NCBI GenBank assembly: GCA_030141605.1
Contig: JAQGDQ010000072.1
Location: 558,001 to 622,000 of the forward strand
From: Tubiluchus corallicola
Lineage: Eukaryota; Animalia; Priapulida
Direction: 5' to 3'
Length of the DNA: 64,000 nucleotides
Both the position numbers and the translations under genes were made by a program. The first letter of the stretch is position 1. Every line of letters starts with the position of its first letter. The notes beneath the pieces were generated by a model that was given only the letters and a program-made list of their open reading frames with translations, ran no database searches and was not told the origin of the DNA. Positions 49,637-63,400 of the stretch are shown one piece after another.

Positions 49637-52525
49637 ATACAAGATTAAGAGTAGGCGCTTCAAAACAGAATAATGATCTTAACACTTAACAGTCACGGAA
49701 GCACGGGTGGTACCGGCAGTATTACTAATCCAAGTTGTGCATGTAGTTATCATAGAGAAACTGTAAAACATTACATGCTCGATTTGTAGGCACTATAACA
49801 TGAGTAGAGTGAGCCTTGAAAGTAGGTTGTTACAATTATATCAAGAAAATTTATTTTCATGAGATATAAATAGTCTTTATACCCAGTCTAAACTCCCAAC
49901 ACGTTTTTCCTTCTTTCTGGCAATTGCGCACTAAAATATAATCATGACCAAAGCGTCACTTTACAATATAGTTCAGCAGCTTTTTGTTCATAAGGTTTTC
50001 AACTAAGTACCACAAATTAAGTAAGGTATATTTGATCAGTTAACAGCTGTATACCAAAGGTAGCAATAAAATAAAAATACGTTTATTAAAAAAGCTGCTG
50101 GCTTTCCGTTAATGTTAAACTATTAAAGAGCAAGGATAATAAATGAATGCGATTATGTAGGACATTCACGCATTATTGATATTATAACGAATCTCGGGTC
50201 CAGCGCGGATCCGTCTCAGGATGTATAGAGCGGCGTACAAGTTATGAGATATCATAACACACGAGAAAAGTTAAAAGATCCATAATACGAGTATAAAATA
50301 AACTTTATTGCATAAATAGCAGCTCCAAATCTTCGAAAAGAAGGACATGTGAGCAGACTTTTGTATAAAATTATCAAGTCTACAACATTCATCTTTACAG
50401 ACAGAAAAGCAAGGTTGAAATCGTCAAATTACGACATGCATTCTGCTTTATACAGGTACATTTGCATTACTGGGCTTCTCAACCATACCCATTACTAACG
50501 TTAGGGGTTGGTCAAAATCCGTCTTCGTAACACTACCGTCTCCTCAGTTTCCATTTGTTCACAAATGAGTTACAGCAAATGGTATTGAATTTTACTCCAG
50601 TTGAACCGAGCAAAATTCATTTAAAGTTCAACCAATCAGTTTAAGAAATTAATGCAAAGCTAAATAATTTTCTTCAGTTGTACAAAATGCAGGATAGTAC
50701 TTGATAAAATTTGAGATGTTAGTTATGAGCTTTTGTAAACAATACCACATCAAAACTAGTCAAAATTGCAGAAGTACAGTTTCAAGAAGAAATAATTCGA
50801 AAGTCTAAGTATGTAAAATCTCAACATACATGTAAGTATGCATTAAAATATGTAACAGTTAACTAGTCCAATTCCAACAGCATAAAAGTATGCGGAATGG
50901 CTCTCTGTTGTCCACGAAAACAGTTCAATGACCCACTTATTTGTGAACGCAGTGTAGCGCCATCTGTCGAGGCCATCCCAAAGAAAAAACAGTGCAGTAA
51001 ATTTTTAAACAGAAATCGCACTAGTAAACATGTGAACGTTGAGGCTTAACCTAAAAGTTGGTCATTCTCAGCTATCAGTTAATCAGCTACCACAATCTGG
51101 TCAAGATAACCCACTACAACTGCATCCTGGTCAACCAAGTGAACACGTACTACAACCTGGACAAGGCCACCCAGAGCAAAAACAGATGGTTAGTGACCAT
51201 AAGCCCTCCAGTAAGCAACGAGTTAAACGCTGTCCAGAAAAGTCATCAATTAATTATTAAAGGCTAATTTAAACGTTGTTAAGACCAAACAACAAAGTAA
51301 GCATTTACTGATGGGTGATAAAAACAATTCACCAACTAAGCAACTGCTAGAGCCTGAGAAGAACAATCCAACAAATAAACTGAACCTGTATCAAGGCCAA
51401 TCCCAAAGTCAGCACTCTAGTCAAAGCCACCTCAGTTAGCCACCAAAGCCTGGTCAGAATATATCTTTTTACAATCAGCCACAAAAGTCACCAGCTGAGC
51501 AGTCAAAGATTTGCCAGACTAGGTGACAAATTCGTGGTTGAGGCAACGCCATTACTGAGACGTGGCCACGGCAAGGGTGAGGACTACTTTGCGTACTTCG
51601 CGTTGAGCGCACAGGATCATGGGTAAAATGATGTTATTCGATGTGTAAACAAACCCTCGTGGCAAATTACATTATCGTCAGTTTCAACAACAATTTTAAT
51701 GGTGTAGAGTGCTGCTACTAATAAAAATGGTAAGAAATTGTAGCTGTAAACTAGTTGACAATTTTTCTGACAAGTAGAAACTGAGTTTTGCAAATCTCAG
51801 TTTGGAACGCTATTCAGTAAACTAAAATGCATTAGTGATTCATTCGTTAATTTAGTCTTGCATAACTAAAACTATAGATGCCTTCAAGTTACCAGAAGTT
51901 TCTAGTGACTAAAAGCTAAATATGGTACTCTCCATCTTTCTGGTGAAAGTGCAAAGTATTTTTTTTATAAATATGAAAGCTGAATAAGGAAACTTGTAAA
52001 AAACTCACATTATTATTATTTAATTCATATTTATACTCACATTCATATTATTTTTTTAATTTGCTATATTGGGTTCATTTTATTAGCTTTGTTTATTGTA
52101 AATATATACAGATTAGTACTAACTTTTTCAGGAATAAAAGTAATATACTAAGTGGTCCACTCACATAGCTTGGGTGGCATCAGTCATTTAATTTTACGGA
52201 AGGAAGAACAGCATGAGATAGTGGACATGTTGCCAACAGGAATATCCATTGACAAAATTGGACAACTTTGAAGCTAAAGTGTGTTGAGAGAGGAAATTTA
52301 CTTTTTACTGTACATAAAACATAAGTAGACATTGACAAGCTGCAAGCATCGACTTAGCATTATTGTAATTCAAAAGCTGTGTTACTGTTGTGGCAAACTG
52401 ATATGGTTGCAATTTTAACATGTGTAATATGAAGTCTGCTTTAGCTGTTCGTATTGTAAATGCTTGTCCAATTGTATGCGTAAATCAAACACTGTGACAT
52501 ACAATAGCAGTATTAACTAAAATCT

Positions 52526-53443
52526 CTATAAGGATTTGAAATTTGGCTCCCCTGATTTACATATCAACATGTGTGCAAAACCTAGTTTAAAATGTTTGTG
52601 TTTCCAAGCATATATCAATGGATTGGCCATTGAGTTAATAAAAACCATAGCATAGCAAAAAAGCTCCACAGAGAAGTTTTCTTTTCTGTCCGTGGCATAC
52701 ATGAAAAACATGCCTGTTACATTAAGTGGCATCCAGCAAATTGCAAACGTCCCTGCAACGACGAACATTATCTTTGCAGACTTGATGTTTTGCAGTGGCT
52801 GAAAACTCTGTTGCGAAACTGGATTAATCTGTCTTTGGTGACGATTTGCAATTAACGTAATTCTTGCATAGCCAATGAAAACAAACAACATTGCTGTGAT
52901 ACCATATATGTCAAAATCAATGAAATGCATTGGATGTGTCATATTGTAAAAAGAACAAAAAACAAATCGTCTTGTCATGCGTTGCCCATACAAAATAATC
53001 AATCCAAGAAATGCTGCCCATATCCATGTTATAGCAATGAGAATAACAATGTGCGAAGACTGCATTTTTGAAAGGAAAAATGGATGTACTATTGCAATAT
53101 AACGTTCCGCCGTGATCACGATAAGGGTTGTGATTGAACATGTGCCACAAATAAGTGAGACCACCACAATAAATAGGCACTTATTTGCAGAAATAACATT
53201 CATGTGCAAGACGCCGTCTACAAGCATCAATCACCCACTGACGAATTAAGCAACAGTCAATTCGACATTGTTTGCAACTTTTTATATTTCAGAATAGCAG
53301 TGACAACAAGCATATTTAGAACAACTCATAAACTGCAATAACCTAAGTAATTCACTAATGATTCCACATGCATAGCAAACATGCATTAGCATTCCAGCTA
53401 CATAAGTATTGGCAGCAGTTATTATAAAATGTGTGTGATCCAT
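52526..53443 (-). pseudogene. Intronless class A (rhodopsin-like) GPCR, 5' part disrupted
   Basis: TM3 TAERYIAIVHPF, TM6 FAICWMP, TM7 NSMANPLIYAW and helix 8 are intact in ORF 52526..53230. TM1-TM2 (VVLNMLVVTAILKYKKLQTMSN*LLLNSSVGD) lies in another frame with an in-frame TGA. A likely start ATG at 53443 is also out of frame with TM1. Confidence 0.85.
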
Positions 53444-54588
53444 TATAAAATATTCTAGAGGCTACCAGCAATAACACAAATAAACCAAGACAGCAAGTGT
53501 AGTATTCCTTTGTGTGCTGCTTTGTAAATACAAATAACTGCTGGTTTTACTAGTCTACTAGAAAACATGTATACAAGAAACTACATTACAGATAGCTGAA
53601 AAATATCTGAAAAATGAAATAATCATGAGCCATTTATCTTTTGTGTGGGAAAGAATTGTAAACTTGTAAAAACTTATGTTAACTCTCTCTGCTATTTTCT
53701 TATGTGAGGAAAAACTTTTCATTAGTAAGGGTCAGTATAACAGTAAAAATTTCACAACTGCAGTCATTTAAAATCGAAGACCACAAAATTATTTGTGAAT
53801 AAGACAAGAGTGAGCTGCCAAAAACTGCTCTTAATAAACTAAGACAACAGAAATAGTGGCACACTTTTGCAAACAGCAAAAACAAATGTTTCTTTATGTG
53901 CAAAAGACAACATTGTACTGACAAAGAACATTTGCACAGAACCCGATGTAGGTCATACCAAAGTATATAAATTATTTAAGGATACATGTGCAAATAAAGT
54001 TTAACAGGTAAGTGCATGTTCTTTCCACACTGGACTTTGACTTTCATTGGTTCTGCATCATTGCATCATAAAGTTCTTATTTTCCAAAATAGGAGTTTTA
54101 AAAGCAAAAGTCTGTCTCACTAATCAATATCATTTGGCTATATAACATGCAGATATAGGTACTATGCTAAACGTGCAGTATTTTAGTAGTTCACAACTTT
54201 CAACACCAGGTTAGCACTTATTTTTCATATCATATGCAGTTTCATATCATGTCATAGTAGTTTTTCTTATCATATGCAGTGTTTATGAATATAGGCCCCT
54301 GAATGACTATTAATATAGTAGTACTATTATAACAGAATTCAGACAACAAAATTCAAAAGACTCTGCATAATTCGATTCTCTGTAATTCAGAATATCGTTC
54401 ATCTCAGACAGATTCAATAGTATGGACTTCTTTTTTTATATCTTAATGCTTAAAGCAATTTAGGCCAACACTGCCTTTCAATTCAAAATATTTTACTAAT
54501 TATTATTAACATATAATTTGCAAACGCCTGCCATGTGCCACAACTCACTTGGCTATGACACTATAGTACTCCCAGACTAGACACTTAC

Positions 54589-54721
54589 CGACGTCATCGC
54601 TAAATCGCTTCTGCTGCGACTCAACTACATAATGAGTTGTAGTATCCAATTCATGTTGTTTGATCACTCGAACGCAATCAATCACATCGGATACTACAAC
54701 AGTCTTGTATGCAGCAGCCAT
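54589..54721 (-). CDS. Candidate first coding exon of the element's own gene (MAAAYKTVVVSDVIDCVRVIKQHELDTTTHYVVESQQKRFSDDV)
   Basis: AAAATGGC start context 60 bp inside the right TIR, 133-bp open frame, donor G|gtaagt. Resemblance to N-termini of MULE/CARF-like proteins is an impression only. Confidence 0.45.
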
Positions 54722-55949
54722 TTTCTGTTCTTGGTTGAATTTCGCGCGTACCCATAGTCGTGTGCGCAAAATCCGAATCATGCCCACAATTCTGTGCGCT
54801 CAACGCGAAGTACGGAAAGTAGTCCTCACCCACGGCAAGCGGCCACCGAAGGAAAAACCGTTAATGACGTCATTAAAATCGGATACATACTAAGTAGATG
54901 ACATACTAAATAGTGCAACATTATAATTTAGAAATTTATGTAAGTATCTAAATCTGTGCAATAATCAAACTTAAAAAAATAAAACAAGAAGTTACAACTG
55001 TTTCTACTTTTAGATGTGCACATATCAGTTAAAATCTTCCGTTTGTTGTAAATGTCTAACTGTAAATTTAGCATTTGCTGTGTTTGTAAAACTACCAAAA
55101 AAATAAAAAAACGTTCGTTTCGTAAAAAATAAAACAAGAACATTAAATTATGTAATTTTTTCATGTATTTTTTAATAATAAAGTTATAAATTACGCACAG
55201 ATTTTCGGAAATGCACAATGCTTACGTCTATGATTTGCTGATTAACCCATTTTGCAATCAGGAAAATACGCAGTTTAGTTTAGTTTATGGCTTTGCAAGT
55301 CAGATAAAAACAACTATTTGATTAACTTTAAATAAGGAGAAAACAAAATGTTTCTCGCCAGTTTTTATAAATCTCAAATGTGGTCAAAATTAATTCAAAT
55401 GTGGTCAAAACTTACGTTATACATCAATGTAATATTAACTAATTCTGCGCTATTTTTCTGGTTATAATCATGGTTAAAAGATGCTTTTGGGACTTATGTG
55501 ACTCGGGCATTCAACATAAGGGTCGTTTATGAATAGAACAGCCAAATTTATTCCATTTCCGTAGCCTGACAAACGGAAAAATGCAAAAACTGAATAAATC
55601 TTGCAGACGATCACATGATCAGTTAACATAGAAAAATACATCGCAGGCTTGTTGTTCGTATGTTTAAAGGCAAGAGAGACTTAATATTTTTGTTGCTCAT
55701 TTATTGTAAAGCAAGGCTAACTGGCTTAGTTTCTTTATTATACTTATGTCTCTGTATTTTGTAGTGCTTTGAAACTTCGTTTCTACATTCTGTTTAAATT
55801 GAAAAGTCATTTTTTGGCTACTTGAAGTGTTAATTTCGTGTAAAAATAGCTGCTGCTCTGCAAATTGGTGTTTATGAAAAAGTGCAATCAGTTTATCTGC
55901 TGTTAGACATTAGTTGCGACTGTCATGTTGTTTAGTTTAGTTTAGCTTA

Positions 55950-57840
55950 GATAGTTGTTGTCAAGCGTGAGCTGTTGTCCCGAATGCTGCTCAGCGTGCT
56001 GACGAGACTAATATGTTTGACGTCAAATAGGAGGAGGAGTTGTAAGCGAAGGATTAGGGTGCGTAAGGTTACAACTTTTGCTCTGTTTCTACGAAGTGTT
56101 GTGCCTTCGTCACTCTATGATAACTAATCTTGGGTTTGCTGATTCCCCAATCTCTGTCCCCTGGCGCTTCTTCTCACACAGGTAAACATCTTTGCCATTT
56201 TTCAACTCTGGGAGGATTCTTGTACTTCTGTTGAAACTTTCCAATGATTGTTGCACATGATTTCTTCCTTGGAGTGAACTTATAGTCGCCTGATATATTT
56301 ATAATCGAAATGAAGTCTTGGGATTTGCGTTTTAAGTTAACGCCCCATCGGTTCAGATGACGAACGTACATTTTGCAAAGGAGTAGTTTGACACTCCAAC
56401 AGGGCTAAGTATGAACCCTCTCGTGTTGACTTGCTAAGGATTGTCTTTAACGCGCAACTCTCTGGAAATCTGCTTCACCGGTACTTTGTGGATATTTCGG
56501 CTAATTAGTTACTGATGTGAGTCCGCACGTCTTTGTAAATTGCCGAAATTCATGGCAGTCGTTGTCACTAGGGATGATCTCGGGTATGCAATTTTGACTT
56601 GAGATGGTGATGGTTTCTTTGACTTCCAGTGACTCAAGTTTCCGAAGTTCAATGTACCAAGAACAGTAGTCAACAATGAGACTTCCTTTCAAACTGAAAA
56701 AGGTCACATCCGACTTTTTGGAAAGAGTTTTTAGGGAACTTTTCAGGCATTAATGATTCCTTCTGCAAAGGTTGATGTTTTGCACGCGTATGGCATTTTT
56801 AAATCATGTTCTCGATTTGGGCAGATATCCCTGACCAATATGCTAAAGAACGTGCTAGGCTGTGACATTTGTTATTGCCTAAGTGTCCTTCGTTTATCTT
56901 GTCCAGTCTAGTAGAATTTCCAGTCTCATGGATCTGGGTATGACTAAACGATTGTCAAACATGAGATGGTTATCATTTCTACTCAAGCGCTTCTGCTCTG
57001 ACCAGTATGGTTGTAGGCTGGAGTGAAGAGCATAACCTGGCCAACCGTGCTTTACGTAGTTGATGATTTCCTGAAGCTCTTCATCTTTTTGCTGTTTTTG
57101 AATCTCTAACAGTTTTGCTCTTGAAGCTGGGATTCCTCGACTGTTTGAGTTGCAAAATCCTTCTATAAAGATCAGGTCACAAGTCATCCTTATCAGGTGT
57201 GCCTGGCTGAGGATATCGGCAGAAGTCTGGTCTTTCCCAGGTACGTGTTCTATTGTGTAACTGAAACCCATCAAACATAGTCTGAACCTCATAATTCTAG
57301 GAAACATTTTACACAAATCATAGGTACTAAGCAAGGGCATAAGCGGTTCTTTGGTTTCTTGCGATGCGGACCTTCATGTCTTGGATGTGGAGTCTGGACT
57401 TCTCCCAAGCCCAGGTAGTAGCAAGGAGTAGCTTCTTTTTGAATGACGGCATATCGTTTCTCCATTTCAGTCAAGGAACGTGAAGCATAACCAATGCCAT
57501 CAAGTTCTTGAAGAGTATGGTACCTTAAATCATAGTTAAACATGCAGAGTCTGTTTGTGAGTTGGCCTACTCAGGCTTAGCTTAGAGTTGGATGAGCTAT
57601 ATGCCCTTTGGTAGTTACCACATCTACTACATTTTGCATCATTTGCTAAACATTTATCTCTCAGATGAAATTTTCCAACCCAATTCGAACAATTTGCAAT
57701 GGGTTTATTTACTGGGTCTGGTACCTTAGTGTTTACAGCCTCTACTTTCATCTGTGAAGTGGCTCCACGTAACTTGTCTTTTTTTGCTTTTCGGCCTCGT
57801 GTTGTCTGGCAAACATAAGCTTCAAAGAGCTTTTAGACCG
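55950..57840 (-). mobile_element. Deleted Ty3/Gypsy LTR retrotransposon remnant
   Basis: Gag knuckle (C.A..AKCSRCG), RNase H (YASRSLTE.EKRYAVIQKEA), PRIMRFRL.LMGFSYTIEHVPGK...ADILS, GWP..YW..RLVIP..MR.EIL, integrase DLF...VDY.S and C-terminal LRRNR. No LTR pair identified. Confidence 0.87.
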
Positions 57841-60359
57841 AATGTCTACAACTCCATAACAGAGACTATTATTATCAAGTATAATTTAGCCGTTGCTTCG
57901 TGAGAGCAGTTTTTTATGAACCAATGCAAAATGCAGCAAACTTTTACTGTCCTGAAGGAATTAAAGACTTGCTGTCAGTTAGTATAATGGTTGACTGTAG
58001 AAGTGTATTATAGAGCTGCGTGTAACCTACTATAGCAAACCAAAATTTCTCAATGTTACTTGAACAGATGTTGTGTGTTCCACATTACTTATGTTTAGCA
58101 TAATATGGCCTTATAAGACAAAGCTAAAGAAGTTAATGGTGGCTAAACTAAAGGCTGGCTTTAGGTAGATAAGATAGTATAGATTGTGCAGATCAAGTGG
58201 AATGTGAAATGCGCGATAATTTTGCGTTTTAACTAAAGAAGTAATAATTATTATTGTTGACTGCGCTCATAAAGCTTCTTGACAAACCAAACTATTTTTA
58301 CATGAAGTATATCTTTTGTAAATAAATTTGTACAAACTCTGGAAAAAATTTTTATTGTGGGATAGTCAGCCAAATAAGATGGTCGACAGTTGAGCAGAAG
58401 GTGCTGATACGCATGTCATGGCGTACGTGTGAAGAAAACGTAAAAAAACAGTAGTAAAAGTGAAATTATAGACTTAAGTAACTCGCACGGTATCTAATAT
58501 TCATTGTGCTTCATGCCGGTTGTCATTACAGAACAGGTGCTGAAGTGAAAAATGCACCTGCCCATCAACCCACTGAACCAACGGTTTTTATACCTGGTAT
58601 TCAATACCACTATGCAGTGGCTTCGTATGGACGAGACGACCACAATGTAGAGGGGTGAGTTATAAATAAATGGCATTTTACCCTCTTAGCAGTATAGTTG
58701 AATCTCTCAAATAGACATTATTCTACATTCTCTACATTGGTAGTCTTAGCATTTTTATCATATATAAATTAAATTTTTACAAATTGTAAACAAAATGAAC
58801 CAAATCTTGCTCAGCCCTAGATATAGATCGCAACGCAGTGGAAAATAGAAATTGGTTGCTTGTTCTCTAACTTTTCATCTGATGCTCGTGGAGAATGCCC
58901 GTTAGTACAAAAAACAAGACATACCGGCTTTTACAACATACACGATCATGCGCATGGTGGGATTCTGGGCAACATTATGATTTTATGAATCAGGCCATAC
59001 TTGTTTATGATTTTCGTGTTGCTGTTTAGTTGTGAAATATTTTTATGATTGATATTGATAAAAGACTTTTACGCGTTAAAAAGATAATTAACGAAAGGCT
59101 TTTTGCCTAGAAGAGTATGAACGGGTAGGCATTTCAGATCTAAAACAATACAGTGTAGAGTTTTGTTTTTTAATCCTAGGTTGTATTGTTAAGTGTCCTT
59201 CAAAAGCGGTTCCTGGCGTTGTAATGAGCTGATGATATTTTTTGGCACACTCATCACTGATGAAGACTGAAAAGAGAAATTTAAATAATTTGTTTAGCCA
59301 AATCCAAGTATGTGTGGCTGAAAGCATGCAGCAGTGAAAACTAATGAGAGACCTCCATATTAAATCCTCTTCAGTGTCCTAAATTGAGAATTGTTTTAAG
59401 CTGTGGTATAGATTTGCTTTTCCTTTTCTTCGGAATATTGTCAATCTTTTTAGGCTTTCGATGTACTATGACAGTATGAGAAAAATGAAAACAGTTTTTT
59501 TTACTGTGCATCAGGTGTATGAAGTAATTGGCCCAAATCTTGTTAATTTTGTATGAACTTAACATTAATTGTTTTCTATTGCAGGGAATTTTCTTTTGTT
59601 GGAATAAAGGTAAGATCATTCTGCAGATCTTGTCATTTAGTAATTATTAAAAATCCCTTCCCCCTTAGCCTTAAACCCGTATCATGAGCATGTACTATAT
59701 TTTAAGCTTTGGGATAACTTATAGTTGCCTAAAGGCATCTGGTATCATCAGACAGAATATCCAATAGTGGATAACCAGGCAATTTTACATCAATACATTT
59801 CTAATCTGAGAACTGATTATTTCTTACCACCTATCTGAGGAAGTTGGCTAATATGGTCTAATATATATGAAACTTTTTTATATTTTTTCTTTCAAAAACT
59901 TTTAAGATTGTAAAACTCTCACTAAAACCGGTTTGTTCTTGTAAATTTGGCAAGTATATAAGACGTGACTTTTCTGTTGTTATAGGAATTTGTTATCAAA
60001 AATTAAGTAGCCTATTTAAATATCTCATTTTACCAATTTATTTTTGGTTTTCTTATGGTTTTAATTTCATCATCCTAACAGAATTCAGATAAGCGTGACT
60101 GAAGATTCATACAAAATTACAAGCTACAGGTGGGAAGACTAATTCTGTGTACAGGCAGATATAAGAAACAACTTTTTAACAGGTCTTAGCATATTATTTT
60201 GTCACATGTATATGACATCATATCATCTAGAAAGGCTTAGAGCTCTGGAACTAACATGCCTTTAAGGCGGCGAAGTGGTGCAAAAAATAAGAACGAGCAC
60301 TACGCTTAATTAATTTGTGGTTTTGTTTAATGTCTAGTTGTGCACAAATATTTTTTTTA

Positions 60360-60393
60360 TGTATTTATATATATATATATATAATTACATATA

Positions 60394-60430
<37 letters not shown>
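60360..60430. repeat. Interrupted (TA)n microsatellite
   Basis: Visible directly. Confidence 0.9.
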
Positions 60431-60432
<2 letters not shown>

Positions 60433-63400
60433 GTTTCAACAAAAGATCTATTGCAACTAACTTTACACTGAACCTAAAATGGAAAACCTAACTGGCCTTA
60501 AACTACAAGATTCACATTCATCTGGTATTGAAATTTAAGAGTGAATTAGAGATTCGGATTCTGCTGGGTTTCGGAAACTGCAAAAATGTGAGATTCAGAT
60601 TCGATTCAGTTTCGGAAATGAAGCAAAAATCTGCTTCACGTTAGATTTGGTTTTGGAAATTTAAACTTCGTCCCACCCCCAGTGTGCGTGTGTGTGTGCA
60701 TGCATGCATGCAAGTTGGCTACTGTAGCTATAGATGTAATAAATTTGTCTTATAAATATCGTGTTATCATGTCTGTATACTGTTATTGTATAGTGTATAA
60801 TATTTTATAGCATATATATGCCACTAGATATTTAAATTCTAAATTCAATAAAGCTTCATTTATAATATTCTGAAATACAGGAATAATTCTCATTGACCAG
60901 AACTTTAAGAAAAAATTCTCACTTATTAATCCACTCAGTAAAGTAAATTAAGATCTTCCATAATATTTTTGTGCTTCTACTTTTTATAAGCTTTTCATCC
61001 TCAATTGAATTAATCTACCTACATTGCTGCTCCATAACAACTTTGTAAAATTATAAAAAAATGGTAAATTAACATTAGACTGAATCACAATTTTTTTATG
61101 ATTCATGCTATCAAATACACTCCGAAGTCTACTAGGAATTAGAATCTAGCATTTTTATTAAAACCTATAGCTTCCTGATTTACATTGTTACATTGACTAA
61201 ATAAACATGACTTTTTTTCTGTGAGTAATTTTGCCACACACAATTTTTCTGAGGTGCACACAATACTAATAAAGAAGCACTATTTGAAGTTGAGCTAAAA
61301 CTGTCATCATTTTAGTATTATTAGACTGCACTCCTGGAAGAACAAAGCGGTTGGCATGCAAAAATTCTGTACTTTGTTCACTCAGAATCGCTATGTTACG
61401 TACCCGTACATTTCATTGCTTTGCCACTAAATTATGGAGATAAGCACAAATTTATTATAAAGTAATAGATCCGCAGTTCTATTTGTGGTTTGACGATGTG
61501 TTCCATGTAAAACTCTTTAATTCACAAGTCATTTTAGTTTAAGTTGATTTGTACTAAAACTAGATGGTAATGAGATTGTTTTAGCCTAATTAGATTTGGC
61601 GAACCTCATAATTAGCTTGTGAGACTCACATTATTCATGCTAATGATGAATTTATGATTATTCACCACATGTTAAATACGCATTTAATTTAAAAGCATTA
61701 TTAAAGAATGTAGGTACGACACTTCACAGATGTTTTATTGAAACTTTAATAAATGTCTTAATTTCATTTTGTGCAGCCATTTGATTTGGCAATTGGGTAA
61801 TAAGAATTAGGCTAGTGAATAATTGAACTGGTAAGCCGAATGGCTAGAGTGAAGATAGGTCAGTTATTGGCTTGTTGCTGCTTGATGTGTCATTGTTGGA
61901 CATTGCTGATGTCAGACTGCCCTTGGGTAAGGTAGCTCATTGGCATGGCTTTCATATTAAGTACATAGATATACCTCGTGGGAACAGTGTATTTGCGAGA
62001 GAAGTTAATGATCGCGCTAATTTATCAAACAAAAATTTCTTGTTTTTCACATAAAAGTGTCATTGTGAAAGCTGATGTGCTCTGCTGGGGAATCCAAAAT
62101 AAGATATACGTTATAAGAAGTTGAGAAGTCAGAACTAAATGAAGTTATGAACTCATGCTAGTGCTGCATAGTGCACAGGTAAAACCTGTAACTGTATAAC
62201 CATGCAATTTTTCCTAGTAACATTTCTAAAATGCTAACCCTGGAAAAACCGAATCTGCTGCAATCGTTGAATTGCCTAATCGATTTTTGTTTCATTCACT
62301 TTTGAAATTTGTTAAATTAATTTAGTTTAATTAATAAATCATTTTTGTGGCCTATAATTAAATACGAGAATCTAAGCAAAGTTGATTTTATTGAAGCCAG
62401 TATTTTTCGATGGTAACTTCTTGTGGCACGAAATTGTGCTTGTTTAGCCACAGTTGATGTGTACTCAGACTCCATATAGTGTGTGCGTTCTGATGGGTTC
62501 TATTAACCGCCATACAGTGTTATGTTTGTACTTGGGGACCTAATGGAAACTATTGACGCGGTTAGCGTTGAATATTCAATTACTGAGAACGAGCGGCAAC
62601 TGGTTCCAGTTCCTGTAACTTACAAGGCAAGGAAAATAGCCGTGAACATAATCAAAATATTTTGTTGAAATATATAACCAAACTGGAGGAATCGTCACTT
62701 AATACATATATATGTATATATGTCATGACGTCTTTAAATGAATAAATATAATCTGAAACTCTTAATGTGTACGGCACTGTATTTCATATGGAGCTGCCCT
62801 TCTGTCACACAACTGTCATGTGATTAATTTCGGAAATAGATTAGGTGCCTAGGTCAGGTAGATAACTCTTATGAATAGAGTCAGTGGCCACATTAATGTT
62901 AGTATGAAATTATAGGTTGCAGTTGTACACGATTCACGTTTTAGCTATACAGTTGTTGTGTCTGTGGAATCGCCATCGGTTAATAATTATGAAAATTTTC
63001 TAACAGATTATTGATTGTATAACCAGCAGTCTTCTTAAATGCATAACCGTTATAACAGTCATTTAAAATTATAGCTTAATGTTAAAGCTTATCAATTGAT
63101 ACATTAAAATGCAAATCGTGGCTGACAAGAATGCCAGCCATGCTATAACTTTTTCTTTAATTTTCATGATATTGGATTAACAATGCAAGTTATATTCAGT
63201 TTAGAATTTATATGATTTTTTTATTTTATTTTCATTGCTTCAGTTTTGCAGAGAAATTGTATAGTTTTTTTATATCAGACTTGAAAATATTCACATTTAA
63301 TATCAAGTGAAATTAACATTGAGTATTATATGGCCACACTAATACATAATGCCTATGAAACAGGAAACCTCTCCTATGGAATTGTGTTCCGTTGAAAGAG

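Larger units (their letters stand above)
51576..54830. mobile_element. 3255-bp TIR DNA transposon (Mutator- or Merlin-like) carrying a GPCR gene (Pack-type element)
   Basis: 48-bp TIRs GGTGAGGACTACTTTGCGTACTTCGCGTTGAGCGCACAGGATCATGGG (44/48 identical; 38 of the first 39). Perfect 9-bp TSD CACGGCAAG at 51567-51575 and 54831-54839. Confidence 0.92.
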
